The notes beneath the pieces were generated by a model, which was not told the DNA's origin, searched no databases, and saw only the letters and a list, made by a program, of their open reading frames with translations. A stretch of 62,444 nt of DNA, filler included, from Choristocarpus tenellus KU-1152 (lineage: Eukaryota > Protista > Phaeophyceae): NCBI GenBank assembly GCA_964200185.2. It is 11 parts of 11 records of this genome, joined end to end, with 100 filler letters (N's around TTAATTAATTAA, not from the genome) between each part and the next. Parts side by side here need not be neighbours in the genome. Positions count along the whole stretch, not along the records: positions 48,306 to 52,487 come from CAXNAD020015812.1; positions 52,588 to 59,549 come from CAXNAD020006960.1; positions 59,650 to 62,444 come from CAXNAD020024690.1; 8 more parts are not named here. One strand, 5' to 3'. Every line of letters starts with the position of its first letter. Position 1 is the stretch's first letter. Of this stretch, positions 49,074-61,544 are shown one piece after another. Both the position numbers and the translations under genes were made by a program.

Positions 49074-51591
49074 GTGAGAACGTATGCTTTCGAAACACAG
49101 TGTTTTGATTCGGGGACTTCCAATAATGTGACGAAAGACCCAAAGTTCATTTATGACTTCACCACATACATGTCCATAAGCCTGCAAAATGACTAGCTGA
49201 CGGCACATCACTACCCATTGTGGGGTATGGCAAGATTGATCTGGATTTCAATGTTGATCGCGATAAGTGGGTGAATGTTACTTTGGCATCTGTCGCATTT
49301 GTCCCGAATATAGCATGCAATCTTATATCCTAACGCTCTGCTTGAAGGATGAGGACGAGATAGTAGTAGTGTTTTATTTGTTGTTTTATCTACATACTTC
49401 CCTTCACATTTCCCGACGACTAGAGGACACATCATATCTACTCTCAGTCCAAGAGCTGGGGGGTGTTGAGAATAGGATCTCCTGGATCTCCTGGACTGAT
49501 CAAGAGGACAAGGGAATATGAGAGAGACGTTTATTGTTATGGATGAAGGTCTACACTAGAGTTCAGGAAGTGGAGACCGGATGCTGAGGTCACCATTGTG
49601 CAAGCTTCTTTGATTTTTTCTGCTGTTTTATTTTGTAAGAGTTCCATTGTTTGATATTTTTCGTCTGTTTCCATAGAGAGTACCCTTGTGATGTGTGCGA
49701 GTGATTATTCTATTAGAGTGTTAGCGGATGAGCTCCCTCCAGAACCCAAGACTATAAGAACAGCATGTAGCTCTCCCGAATGTGATTTATGGGATCGAGC
49801 TAGAGCAGAAGAGATGTCTGGTTTGTTGTGGAATAATGTTTGTGTGGAGGCCGTACGCAGGGTAATAGACACTAAATTGATTCACAAGCGTATGACTAAC
49901 AAATTTGGTGAGGTAGTTAGATACAAGGCACGTTTGGTAGCAAAAGGTTTCCGATAGGTTGAGGGTTTAGATTACCAAGATACCTTTGCACCAACACCGT
50001 CCCCTGCGTCTTTGAAAATGGTATTAGCCTCAGCTGCAGACAGATATTGGGAATTAAAGCATTTGGATGTAAAGCAAGGTTTCATACAAGCTGATGATAC
50101 TGAAGAGATTTTTGTACGTTTATTTGATGGATGTGGTATATGGTCTGGAAAGATTGTGCGTTTGATCAAGGCACTTTAAGGCATCAAACAGGCAAGCAGA
50201 GAGTTAAATAAATAATTTGTTGGTACACGTTTTGGAACAGTGTGGTTTTGATCAATGCAGAGCAGATCCCTGTGTATTACGCTATGTAAGAGATGGCGTT
50301 GTTTGTACTGTGATAGCCCCCCACGTAGACGATCTTTTGGTAGCTGGTAAAGTGGATGTTTTGATTTGGGTTCGCTCTAGTATTAAAGAGCAGTTTTCCA
50401 TAGAAGACGTTAGTGATCTTGAGTACTTTATGGGTTGTGAGATTTCACGTGACAGAACTGCACAGACTGTCACCATCAGTCAGACTAAGTACATTAAGAG
50501 TGTCAAAGATTGGTATGGATGGGGCAAAGAAGAGGTCGGTACACCATGACCTCTCAAGGACTCTAGACAAGAGTGAGAATCATCCAAGTGTTGATGAAAA
50601 TACACCATACAGAGAGGCAGTTGGTAGTTTGATGTGGGATCTGTTATGACTAGGCTTGGCATTGCAAATGCAGTTCGTGAAGTTGCCAAGTACAGTAGCA
50701 ATCCCAAAGTTACACATTGGCGTACAGTAAAATGTATTTTAGCATATTTGAATACATGTCCCAGTGTTGGATTGATTTTTGGTGGTTTTGATACTGAGTG
50801 TGAGTTGAGTGCGAATGCTGATGCTAGTTATTCTGGAGACTGGAAAGATCGCAGATCAGTGACTGGAGGAGGAATTATGTTTGCAGGGGGAGCAATATCT
50901 TGGATGTCAAAGGTACAAAGAGTTGTAGCTCTGTCTTCCACAGAGAGTGAATACATAGCTCTTAGTAGTGTGGCACAGGAATTACTTAGTGTGGCACAGG
51001 AATTACTATTATTGAGAAGCGTTTTTGAGTTTATTCAGCCACAGTTTCCTAGGCGCTGCATTGACTTGTTTGAGGATAACGATGGTGCATGCAAACTAGT
51101 ACGAAATGCCACAAGCTCTACTAGAACAAAGCACATTGATGTTCGACATCATTTTTTGAGGGATTTGTCTAGAATAGGAGAGATACGTGCTGTTTTTGTT
51201 GGTACTGCGAACCAGAGGGCAGATGTATTGACCAAGAATTTGCCAGTTCGAGTTTTTTGACAACATGTGTGTTTTACTTTTACTTTTTGTTGTTGTGATT
51301 GTTTGAGAGTTCATACTTGTTTTCAGCAAGGGGAGGATGTCGAATAACCTAGTGTTATCCTTACGTTATCTGTGCTGACACAAGTATATAACATAGGTTA
51401 TACGTACGTTTATAATTAGTTAGGTATGATACAAAGTACGTACGTGCATAAAAATATATTAAGTCAACATTCATTCACACGTCAGTGATGATGGATGTTT
51501 GACGGGTAATTATTAATTCAGGTGTGCTTTACCATGAAATCCAACTGCTAACTTCCAGCGACAAGCCCTACTTGCGCTAAGTTTCTCAACA
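49074..51591 (+). mobile_element. Degenerate Ty1/Copia: protease fragment, RT, RNase H, PPT, 3' LTR (integrase absent)
   Basis: Protease piece homologous to 2928-3180; RYKARLVAKGF, TFAP, HLDVKQGF, PHVDDLLVAG, ADASYSGD..DRRSVTG, SSTESEYIA, RTKHIDVRHHF; PPT aaggggagga 51328-51337; LTR TGTCGA..TCAACA 51338-51591. Confidence 0.92.
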
Positions 51592-52588
51592 CCCCAACCC
51601 TAACACCTTCTTCATGTTTCCTTAAGCCACTCTGGCTCGCATAGCTTGCAACAACCAGGGCCTCCTGCAACTGTCGACTACTAAGAGTGTCACACGGTCC
51701 TTGTTTTTCCGTCGCCTCTGCACAGAGAAGGTGATGAGGATAGACCGAGGGGGCAGAGTGGCCTCGGCGACTCTCCTTGTCTCACCGTCGTGGTTCATGT
51801 TGCTGTGTGGGTCACCCGTGTGTGTGCTCACAGCCTGTCTGCATATGGCGGTAAAAAGATTTCCGCATTTTTTTTCTTTCAGTAATGCCACACACGCCAT
51901 ACTTGGGCAGCTGTCTAACTCGCATTAGGTTTTAACGGGGAGTTTAGTCAATTACTTCATTTTTGTACCTTGTAAAGTTGTAATCATCAAAGTTGCGCCG
52001 CAGATATTCTTCCGCCTTTTGGTATTATTTGATCGGACCATAATTCCCTTTCACCGAAGTTTGTACATTATTCATGGATACCTTCGTTGAAAAAGTCTTG
52101 TAATCAACTTTCATTTGGTGTGTATTGTTGAATGATTCTTGTGGCATGACAGTGAAAACAAGCAAGACTGCTCAGCAGGCACAAGCTATTGTTACCACTT
52201 TATCTGCTAATGACAGACACAAAATAACACCTATATATCCCTATTTGTTATTGTGTGGCACTTATTTTCTAGGCCTTTTTGTCCATTGACATTTGTGTCA
52301 TTGAAGAATTGAAGCATCAAGATATTTTATTATACTCAGGCGGGCTCATTGCTATTTATAGTTTCAAGACGAGCTGCCATGTATCCATCAACCTCTTCAT
52401 CCGAATCCTTCCTCCTGGTCTTCATCTTTCTCTTCTGCATCGACTTCAATCTATGAGACTAGGGATATCATCTTCAGTTCCAGGGGGNNNNNNNNNNNNN
52501 NNNNNNNNNNNNNNNNNNNNNNNNNNNNNNNTTAATTAATTAANNNNNNNNNNNNNNNNNNNNNNNNNNNNNNNNNNNNNNNNNNNNG

Positions 52589-53710
52589 GGTGGGATAGCG
52601 ATCCCTTCTCCACGGATAATCAACCACTCAAAGCAACACCGCACGACTCTACAGGAAGCAGGAAGCTCGAAGGTCAATACTCTCCTCCTCAATGACAGAG
52701 AAAACGTGTTAAGAGTTGCTCGAGGCATGACTCCGTGTGGATACCTTGGTGCTGTGGCCATCAATCAAGGACATCCCAACACAACCCCCTTCGCGATGAT
52801 AAACAACAGCAACCACAATACAAGGTTTGGTCAACTACAGCACCTTGCCTCCAATGATAGTATTTTCAATCACAACTCCGTGGACAAAAAGGAAATGTCT
52901 GCAAACTTAAACAAAGTGGACTCATTTGATGGCAGACGGAACAGCTCCATGCTCAATCTGACGTCACGCTCAGAAATGGGCAGGGTTGATGGTCACAGGG
53001 CTTTCCAAGGTGTGGCCACCAATCTGGGAAATAATGGTGGTGTCCAATATGGGAGCGGTAGAACTATTGATCTCACCACTGGGGACGGTAGCCCAGACAA
53101 CACTACCAACGATCAGAGAGTGCACAACGCCAGAATAGCATATGGTGCTGTCACAGCACTGTGTGCCATGCACGTGCCCTTGCTACCTTCAGATGAGGAA
53201 ATGCTAAGATCGATTGAGTCTGGCAGGCTGTGGACAAATAAGGTGCATGCACACTGAAAGGGGTCTGTGTGTTACTCAGATCTCAGATATTTTTGTGGCT
53301 CAAAAGTATTTTTTATGGATCCCCAAGGCATATTTCTTTGTCAGGTGAGAGGAAACCAAGAGAACGATACATTGTTAGACTCTTTGGCACTCGTGTTAAG
53401 GGATAGTGCAAGGTAGAGGCTCAAAGTATCTGGGAGAGGGTGGTGGCTGTCCATTTGGGGTCAATTTTTTCATATCGCGATTTTTGGGTGATTTAGTTGC
53501 ATGCGTCGGATGGATAATGTAATTGCACTCTCCTGATTTTTGAACAAATGGACACCCTGGTGTAGACCCCCCAAAGATACTTTAGGTCAGAGACTTGATA
53601 GCGTGGGCAGTTTGTTGTAGCTGTCCTAAGAGCAGGACAGTTTTTTCAGGAAATCAGAGCAGTTCCTTGTGAGACTATACACCTTATGGAGTATGGGTTA
53701 TGTTCAATGA
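52589..53710 (+). CDS. 3' end of an unidentified gene (3 exons)
   Basis: Exons 52589-53242, 53345-53412, 53650-53710 join in phase across GT-AG introns and end ...DSAR/KSEQFLVRLYTLWSMGYVQ*. Confidence 0.65.
53418..53588. mobile_element. MITE family A, full length, 5 nt after a splice donor
   Basis: ggctcaaagtatctggg ... agatactttaggtc; flanking repeat aga(g). Confidence 0.9.
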
Positions 53711-56130
53711 CATTACAGATAGGTTTGTATACTAGGCGTTTCAAGTTTAAAAGCAGTATGCTTCAAGGTAGTTTTACTGTGGCATAAGTAAGAAAAATAT
53801 TATTAAAGTTGAGAAACATTTCGAAAGGAAACAGTTGTTACATAGGTTGAGCCACTGGACGTTGGTACCTAGAGAGTTTTTTTCAGATGGAAACGGATAG
53901 ATTTTCTTGTCTAACTTAGGCTGTACTGTGATGTTATCAGTCCCCCCCATAGGGCGCACGTCCTGTTGTGGTGTTTCCAGTCTAGTCTACAACAACACAC
54001 AACATGATCAAGAGAAGCGCTTGACTTACTAGTGAAGAAGTGACCATGCAAATCCACGTGATGTGAAGAGTCCCAAACTAGAACGGATCTGTTCCTTGGG
54101 GATTTGCTCCTCTGCTCTACCTCATGTGACAATGGGAAGATTAGACCAGAGGTTGGCATAAGACATAATCATATGCGCAGAAGTTAGAAAGATTGTGGTG
54201 CAAATCAGTCAAATATCGAGGGTAGAGCTTTCTGATGGGGAATATGGTACGAATAGATGAAGTAAAAAGAATAGAACAGCCCTACACGTCACACAGAGTC
54301 AATAAGAGCATAATGGGATTAACCTTGCAACCTCTCCTACATCTCAATCTTAGCAAGTTGACATTTTTTTTTCCACATTTGCCAGCGACAAATCACATTT
54401 AACAAGCATCTAGGCATCAAAGTACAAACTCAGAGTAGCATTGTGCACCTAAAGCTCTGAGCACACTTGTTGGTCATACAGTTCTAATATTCTTCATGCG
54501 TCAAAAGTAGACCATTGGAAGTATGTGATTGTGTCCCTTGTATCGTATTTCATCTCTTGTACCTTGAATCGCCATCCTCCTCCTAGATGTGTCACCACCA
54601 CATGTATGGCGTGGCTGTTGAATGCATGCCATAATGCACTACTCTATATAACTTATCCAGGGTCGCATGTATATTTGTTGAAAGTTTGTGTGATGTGAAT
54701 TTTTCTGAAGACAGGAGAGTAGGGATTGATTTAGCAAACATTTCGCTATTATGCTTATTATTTTGTTCACCAGCCACAGCAATCGGTCACTCATGTGTCT
54801 TAAGCTTATTTCAGCAACTTTTTGTGTGGGTTGCATATAAGTTTCCTGCGACATCTTTCCCTTGCTGCAAAGCCACAAATACGACTCAATCACATGCATA
54901 TATGCTGTATTTTCTACAGATTCATGAAACACTTGACATGTGGGTTAAAGGCAATCACAGGCAGGTACTTGGTCAACACACCTGCCCTGCTGACGTCTAC
55001 AGTATTGACGGGAAACAATGTGTTCACAAGCACCATTTCCCCAAACCAAATCTTGGTGATGCAGGGTTTGGAAACATAGGTCATCCCATTCTATTGCATA
55101 CTATTTATGGTTCATAGTTAATAGAACCCAACAACACCGTTAACAATTGTGACTGTAAACTAAACTGCACAACAGATGAACCGAGTTAACACTGGACAAG
55201 AACGTTCTGTAGAAGAGCATATGCCCCGCCTTACTTACCAAAGCAGATATGGTTCCGAGAGACACTGACTCGGACCCCCTGTTTTTTTTTTTGTCTCCTC
55301 CTGCCACTCCCGATTTCACTCGAAGTTATTTTTAGTACGAGAAAATACACAATCATAGAGTCATACTCGCGAGTTACGCCTTCACCCCTACTCAAGGACT
55401 AAGTCTCTTCACATATATCATCATTCGTCCTTCCTCAAAGGACAAGGGTCCTCACAGAACTTCATTAAGTTACTAGAAAAACAAGGTCCACCACTGCACA
55501 TCAATGACCTTGGTCTGGGTGGAACTGGTTAGACTACGCACCAACTTGCATGGTCCACTGTTCCTTGCCCTCAAACAATCAAATGGAGAGCCTTAAAAAG
55601 CTCTGGCTAAATGAAGTTCAAATTAGTCCTCAAGAAAACCTCCCAGCAATTACCAAGTGTGAAGTACTCACTCTCCGTGGAAGACAGCTACAAGCATTAA
55701 ATCTTCAACATCCAATCTATTGCCCCTACAGTAGACATTGCCATCCCTTCATCCAAATTAACGATCATCATGGTCTCCAGGACTGCTAGCACCTACATAT
55801 GCACTTTGGAACCACGCTCTTTACCAGTACCATCAAGACTCCAATTCTATGGCATGTGTTCAAATACGTCAATATACACTCGATTGACTGTGCACCAGTG
55901 CACAACCTTGGGATCATTGCAACATATGGTAAATTCATGGACTGCATTGACGATATCTTGTAAAGTCATATCTACTGTCCACATGAAGGAAACCACTCCC
56001 TTCCGTCCCTGTACGAAAAGTCATCTCCCAACATAAAAACAATCCTCTCCTCTGTGCGGAGTCCTGGAGGGATCGTGTGGTAGAGCCCTTTTTGTTTTGT
56101 TTTATCCATAGTACACAATGCTTATACATG

Positions 56131-56393
56131 GAGTGGAAGTATCTCAGAGGGTACGAGTTTTTCCCTGTTTGTCCATTTGGGGCTTGGCTTTCCATGTTGT
56201 TTTTTTAAAATGACATTTTCCACTCCAAAATGTTTCGGAGTGTAGGTATAGTGTGTACGTTATAAAAAGGTGTGTCCGGAACAAGGATACTGAAACTTCC
56301 TAACAAACACGGTAGCCAAAATACATGGAAATCGCAACATTAGATTTTGGGCCCCAAATGCACGCGGCCCTACCCTCTGAGATACTTTGGCTC
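56131..56393. mobile_element. MITE family B, full length
   Basis: gagtggaagtatctcagagggta ... taccctctgagatactttggctc; flanking repeat (c)atg. Confidence 0.9.
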
Positions 56394-56488
56394 ATGATCT
56401 TGGTGTATGCGGTCAAACTGATGCGAATTCTCTGTATAATCCGTGAGGGTAGATCCCACATCCTACTTATTACGTCACAGTTCCAAAA

Positions 56489-56667
56489 AGCTCAAAGTAT
56501 CTGGGGGGGTGGCGGCTGTCCATTCGGGGCATTTTTTTCCACATCGCAATTCTTGGGTGAATTTGGTTACATGCGTCGGATGGATAATGTAAGTGCACTT
56601 CTCCTGGTCAGGGTCCGAACGGACACGCTGGTGTAGACCCCCCCCATCCCCCACCTCCGATACTTTG
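56489..56667. mobile_element. MITE family A, right end degenerate
   Basis: agctcaaagtatct-polyG ... cgatactttg. Confidence 0.85.
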
Positions 56668-56859
56668 TTAAAACATAGGCTACTCGTTTGTTTTTTTCTT
56701 GATACGATATAGTGCCACTACTTTCACTTGGACCACTAGCTCATCATCAAAACACCATCAACTATCTCCAGAACACCGCAGTGCATACGAAGGATAAGAA
56801 TAGTCGCTACCCATCACACACACAGGTATCACATGTGTCGCTTGAGTTACCTCGGATAC

Positions 56860-57770
56860 TAAATCAAGTTTGTTGTGTTGTTTCTTTGTTTTTTGTTTTT
56901 TCCTTCTTAACAGGAGAAGACTCCAGTTGTATGTCAATTGTTGATTGTTATTTTCTTGGTTGGTATTGCCGCCTCATAAGACACCAAGCTCACTCTGCGT
57001 TAAGTGTACCTGATACACACCTGGATGCCATATATTCAGAGTTAAAACATCCACAGAAACCCTTGTCCGCCGAGGTAACAATCATCTTCATAGAGCATGC
57101 ATTCCTTCCTTTGAGCAAATCAAATATGAAGAACGTCGAATCCACATAATCCATCTTCTGACTGAGCAAGCCATGACTTCAGTTTCAACAGAACAAATCC
57201 ACCCATTTGCGGCACTATGACACCCCTTCATCACAAACTAGCCATTGCACACGAAAGCACGCTTCATCCAATTCAGGTTTCAACATACTTTAACCAAACC
57301 GCAACAGAAAGTGCTCCTCAGTCCTAGAGCAAAACCATATCAAAACACCATGTTACCTTGCACCGTAACATCGTTAACATGAGGGTATTTTTCTACAAGC
57401 AGCTCCATGCAACCTTTCTACCTAAGGGGAAACGCAGGGATCAACACCACATTGCTGAAATCAGCACTATTTTCCAAAACATGAACCTCTAAAGCTTGAG
57501 GCTATTTTCTTGCTGCTAGGTACCATACGATGCTCCCATTAAATGAAATGTGTCACTGTCTGTAGTAAGCTTAAGACACATTTCAGACGAGCACCTGCCC
57601 TGTATTCCTACCACATATCGTCACAAATCCCGCCAAGAACATACCTCCTCCATGCTGGTGGAGTTATTTTTTACATGATCACGTCCCCTACTACATCATC
57701 CAACCAATGGGCAATGTATCGTATAACCCCAAAAAGATTTCAAGGCCGAGGAGTAAACATAATATTTTGA
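56860..57770 (-). mobile_element. Highly decayed LINE ORF2 3' end
   Basis: Interrupted LRF..R..GCMELLVEK...EEHFLLR, resembling the C-terminal zinc-knuckle region of LINE ORF2; A-rich tail near 56870-56900. Confidence 0.4.
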
Positions 57771-59240
57771 AAATGGTCAAAAGATACCATTAACTAAGGA
57801 GAACATATATTTTCAGAGGAAATAATAGACACATATCTGCTCAAAAACATATCAACATCAAGAAATGAATTGTACGTACTTACAAGCACCACCTGGACAC
57901 TAGACTAGAGCCAAATCAATTTGAGGGGTAGGCAGGCATGAACCCATTTGAATTCTGACCAATCCTCTTACTCTGTGCAATACTCTATTTCATTGCTTTA
58001 TGTGCATATTAGTGCACACAAAATTGATATTCCACTTTCAACACACAAATTGATATCATAATTAAGCAAAGGTTCTTTTCTGCAATTGTCCAAAATTATG
58101 TATTTTTGTACTTTCTTGGGATCCTTAAAATGCAACCCTGCTTACCTCTCAATTGGTTTGGCTCCCAATCATGTCCAACTTGTACAGTGCAAGATAGAAA
58201 TATCTAAAAGAAAGAGAACTAAAATGCCGCACATGAGAAAATAGAAGCAGTACTGTGCAACTAACCTTGGAAAGTATTGCTATTTGATCAGCGGTGAAGA
58301 CAAGAAGATGTGGAGCCTCACATGACCTCCTTTGCTGAACATGAAAACAATGGGTGGATGAAATTAATTAGAAGAGTGACCTTGTGGGGTTTCTCCTTAT
58401 TGCTTGTTTAGTTACTACTTGTATCTCAAATGTAAGTCAACAGCTGTATCCAGGTAGTCCAAATACAATACCGAACTCCATATATAATCTGGATTTACTA
58501 TCTCATTAGTTACATCACATGGACTCAATCCAATGCTATAATCTCATACACGCAACAAAGGGTACACCTTACGATTGTCATATTTTGGACAAGTACACCA
58601 TCTCCTGCTGCCCTCTGTCGAATCATCATACTGGACGTTTCCAGAACCACCTGCCTGGAGGTGTGTCCTGGGATATATTGTGGAATTCAGCTACAAGGTG
58701 AACATTCCACAGTTGGTCATTCAACCATTAGACCTCATAGGGATATACCTAACTCGCTCCTCTCTTATCTTGTCCACCTGCCAGGGCTGGTATTTCAACA
58801 CAGTACCTCTTATCCACTGGTCTCCAAGCTGCACCCGCAGTTCCCTGCCCTTGCCTCAACCACAAAGGGTTCTCTCCTCCTTTAACTGGGGCATAGCCTT
58901 CAAGGTCAGTTCTAGGGGATGTACCCCTCCTTTCTCTTCCTCCCTGCACTTCACCTGGCAATCCATCTGCATGTCACGCTGCATGTTGCATTCAGCTGCG
59001 ATCTGATTGCACTCCTCCTTCTTGTTCTCTTGTAGCTGTTCAATGCCCTCCTCAACCTCTTTCTCCGACATGCAGAACCGTAGCTCTCATGTGAAGGATT
59101 TGTCACCTGGTACATGGAAGAACATAGAGATATTGAATATAGATTTAACGTATCATCATTTGTTGCACATTAGATGGGAATGATCCCGATCAACGGTTAG
59201 AGGCACTACACATTGGGCTACTTCTCATACTAACTACTGA

Positions 59241-59420
59241 GGCTCAAAGCATCTAGGGGAGGGTGGCTACTGTCCAATTGGGGTCAACTTTTTGATGTTA
59301 CCATTTTTGGGTGATTTGGTTGCATACGCCGGATGAATAATGTATATGCACTTTTCCTGATTTTGGCCCAATTCAACACCATGGTGTACACCCCCCCACC
59401 CCCCCTAGATACTTTTGGTC
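59241..59420. mobile_element. MITE family A, full length
   Basis: ggctcaaagcatctagggg ... ccctagatacttttggtc; no clear TSD. Confidence 0.88.
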
Positions 59421-59649
59421 TCACTAACTGTGTTGCGCTATGACTAATTGTTCTGGCTCTCTACATGCCTCTTGCCTCTCATGCGTTGGGTCCAGGACTC
59501 CCACCACTCATCACCCAGCCTCTTCCCCAAAATTTTATACTGGACCTTCNNNNNNNNNNNNNNNNNNNNNNNNNNNNNNNNNNNNNNNNNNNNTTAATTA
59601 ATTAANNNNNNNNNNNNNNNNNNNNNNNNNNNNNNNNNNNNNNNNNNNN

Positions 59650-60187
59650 CTCTGATTGGGCATACAATTCATGCATCTTCCGTTCCAATCTTCCCGGTTA
59701 TATAAATGTAAGTGCTATCAAGGATTAGGCTTATATTATTCTTGACCTACACGGCATCTGATTGTTACCTGTCCAATGCCCCCCAAGCACAAAGTATACT
59801 CAAGGCTGCTAGTGCGCAAAACAGGCAATGACAAAAATTAAGATAACTAAATGAAGAAGGGCTAATGAGAGCAAAAAATAGTACTGATAATAAATAAAGA
59901 GAAACAAAAGAACTAAGAAACTGAAAATAGATGGAAAATAAATATAAACTGAAATAGATAAAAAATAAATAAAAGCAATATGTGGATGATGAGGGTAACA
60001 AAGTGGAAACTGAATAGAAAAAAAAGGAACAACAAAAAAGCAAGAAAATAAAAAATAAAATAAAAAAATCGGTAAATAAGGAGAGTAACAACGTATGAAA
60101 AAAAGAAAAATGAAATCAAAAATCAGGGTATGATGGGATGAGAACTAGAAATAAATAAAAAATAAAAAAGTAGTGAGTTCAGTGTTT
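59650..60187. repeat. Second copy of the A-rich dispersed repeat
   Basis: Homologous to 1503-2140. Confidence 0.75.
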
Positions 60188-60565
60188 GTCTTTTCTAAGG
60201 ACTTCAGCCTATACAACCAATGTATATTAATGTGTGGTCTAATGTGGGCAGCTTCTTCATTTTAACTTCTGCTGTCTAATGTTCCTTTCAGGGACTATGA
60301 TTTTCATTGCTTTAATCTCTTGTTGTTCTAGCATGTACTGGCTGAACCTCACCTTGCCCTTCAGGCATACAGTTGTTACCTGCTGGGAGGTTTTTCTGGA
60401 GGAGGCACTCATCTCTCTCCTACTGAATTCCTCCTTACCTCCATCCTTCAACCATATCCTCCAGTGGGATGACTTGAACTCAAAAACTGGACCCTGCCCT
60501 ACCGGTCCCTCCTTCAGCTTTCATCCTTCCACAATGTTTGACATTAGTGATATAGGTGAATAGAC

Positions 60566-60957
60566 CAAGTATTTCTTCCCGTGCGTTAACCAGCGCGAGC
60601 AGTATACGCTCGTGGGGAACCCCAAAAGGGGGAACTCTGATTTGCCTAAAAGTTGCAAAATAAACTGTAACTCGGGTAGTTGCAAAGGGTCACGGACGGA
60701 TGGTCGGGAAGGGTTCTCAGATATATGGCAGTATTTGCAAACCCGAATAAAGGGTTCTCAGATATATGACAGTATTTGTAAACCCGAATAAACCCCAAAT
60801 GGTAAATGATGATTAGAGTTCCAAAAAATGGCTCAAAGCGGCTCAGTTCTTCTGACCTAAGACCCACATACGCTCACTCTCTTTCTGATATCGAAAACCA
60901 TATGTATTTATTATGCTGATTGATTCAATTGAGAGTACCCCTGTTCTGCTGAGCTGA
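60566..60957 (-). mobile_element. Short non-autonomous Helitron-like element
   Basis: A|TCagctcagcag start; ctcgcgc-tggttaac-gcacggg hairpin + 8 nt + CTTG end; internal 41-bp duplication at 60709-60790; homologous to 499-788. Confidence 0.55.
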
Positions 60958-61040
60958 TGTTCGATAATCTGTGAATTGGACTTGACTTGTACATCCTGGA
61001 AAGGTGAGCATTGAGGGACGCCTGTAACACTAGTACTAAT

Positions 61041-61217
61041 AGCTCAAAGTATCTGGGGGGGGGTGACGGCTGTCCATTTGGGACCAATTTTTTCATGTCG
61101 CGATTCTTGGGTGATTTAGTTCCATACGTTGGATGGATAATGAAAGTGCACTTTTCCTGGTTTTGGTCCAAATGGACACTCTGGTGGAGACCCCCCCCCC
61201 CCCAAATACTTTGGGTC
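61041..61217. mobile_element. MITE family A, full length
   Basis: agctcaaagtatct-polyG ... caaatactttgggtc; flanking repeat aat(a). Confidence 0.9.
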
Positions 61218-61544
61218 AATAGGGAAGAGACGTAACACATCCTCTCGGGGCAAGAGTTGTTCTTGGGAGGGAGCATTAGTTGGGCATGGTCTTGTGTTAG
61301 GGTTGTGAAGGTCCTAGAAGGCATGATAAACATCCAACTGTAGTAAGGTAAAGCAGTTCATTTCTTCTCTCTAGTTACCTAGTCTGACAACTATCCATCC
61401 TAGAACTTTCCTTTGTATTACAATATCATTTGCTAAGGTCTGACCAGGGTATATTGTTACTACTCAATCTGAGTGTTGGAATACTGACAAAATGCACCCA
61501 TGGTGACAGTGGTGATGGTTGGGAGCAGTTCCCTCTAGTGTTGT

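Noticed and set aside
58560-59071. Charged ORF remnant on the minus strand (also 51622-52440 and 54590-55117)
   Set aside because: Multiple stops and no identifiable motif; probably TE debris but not classifiable by eye.
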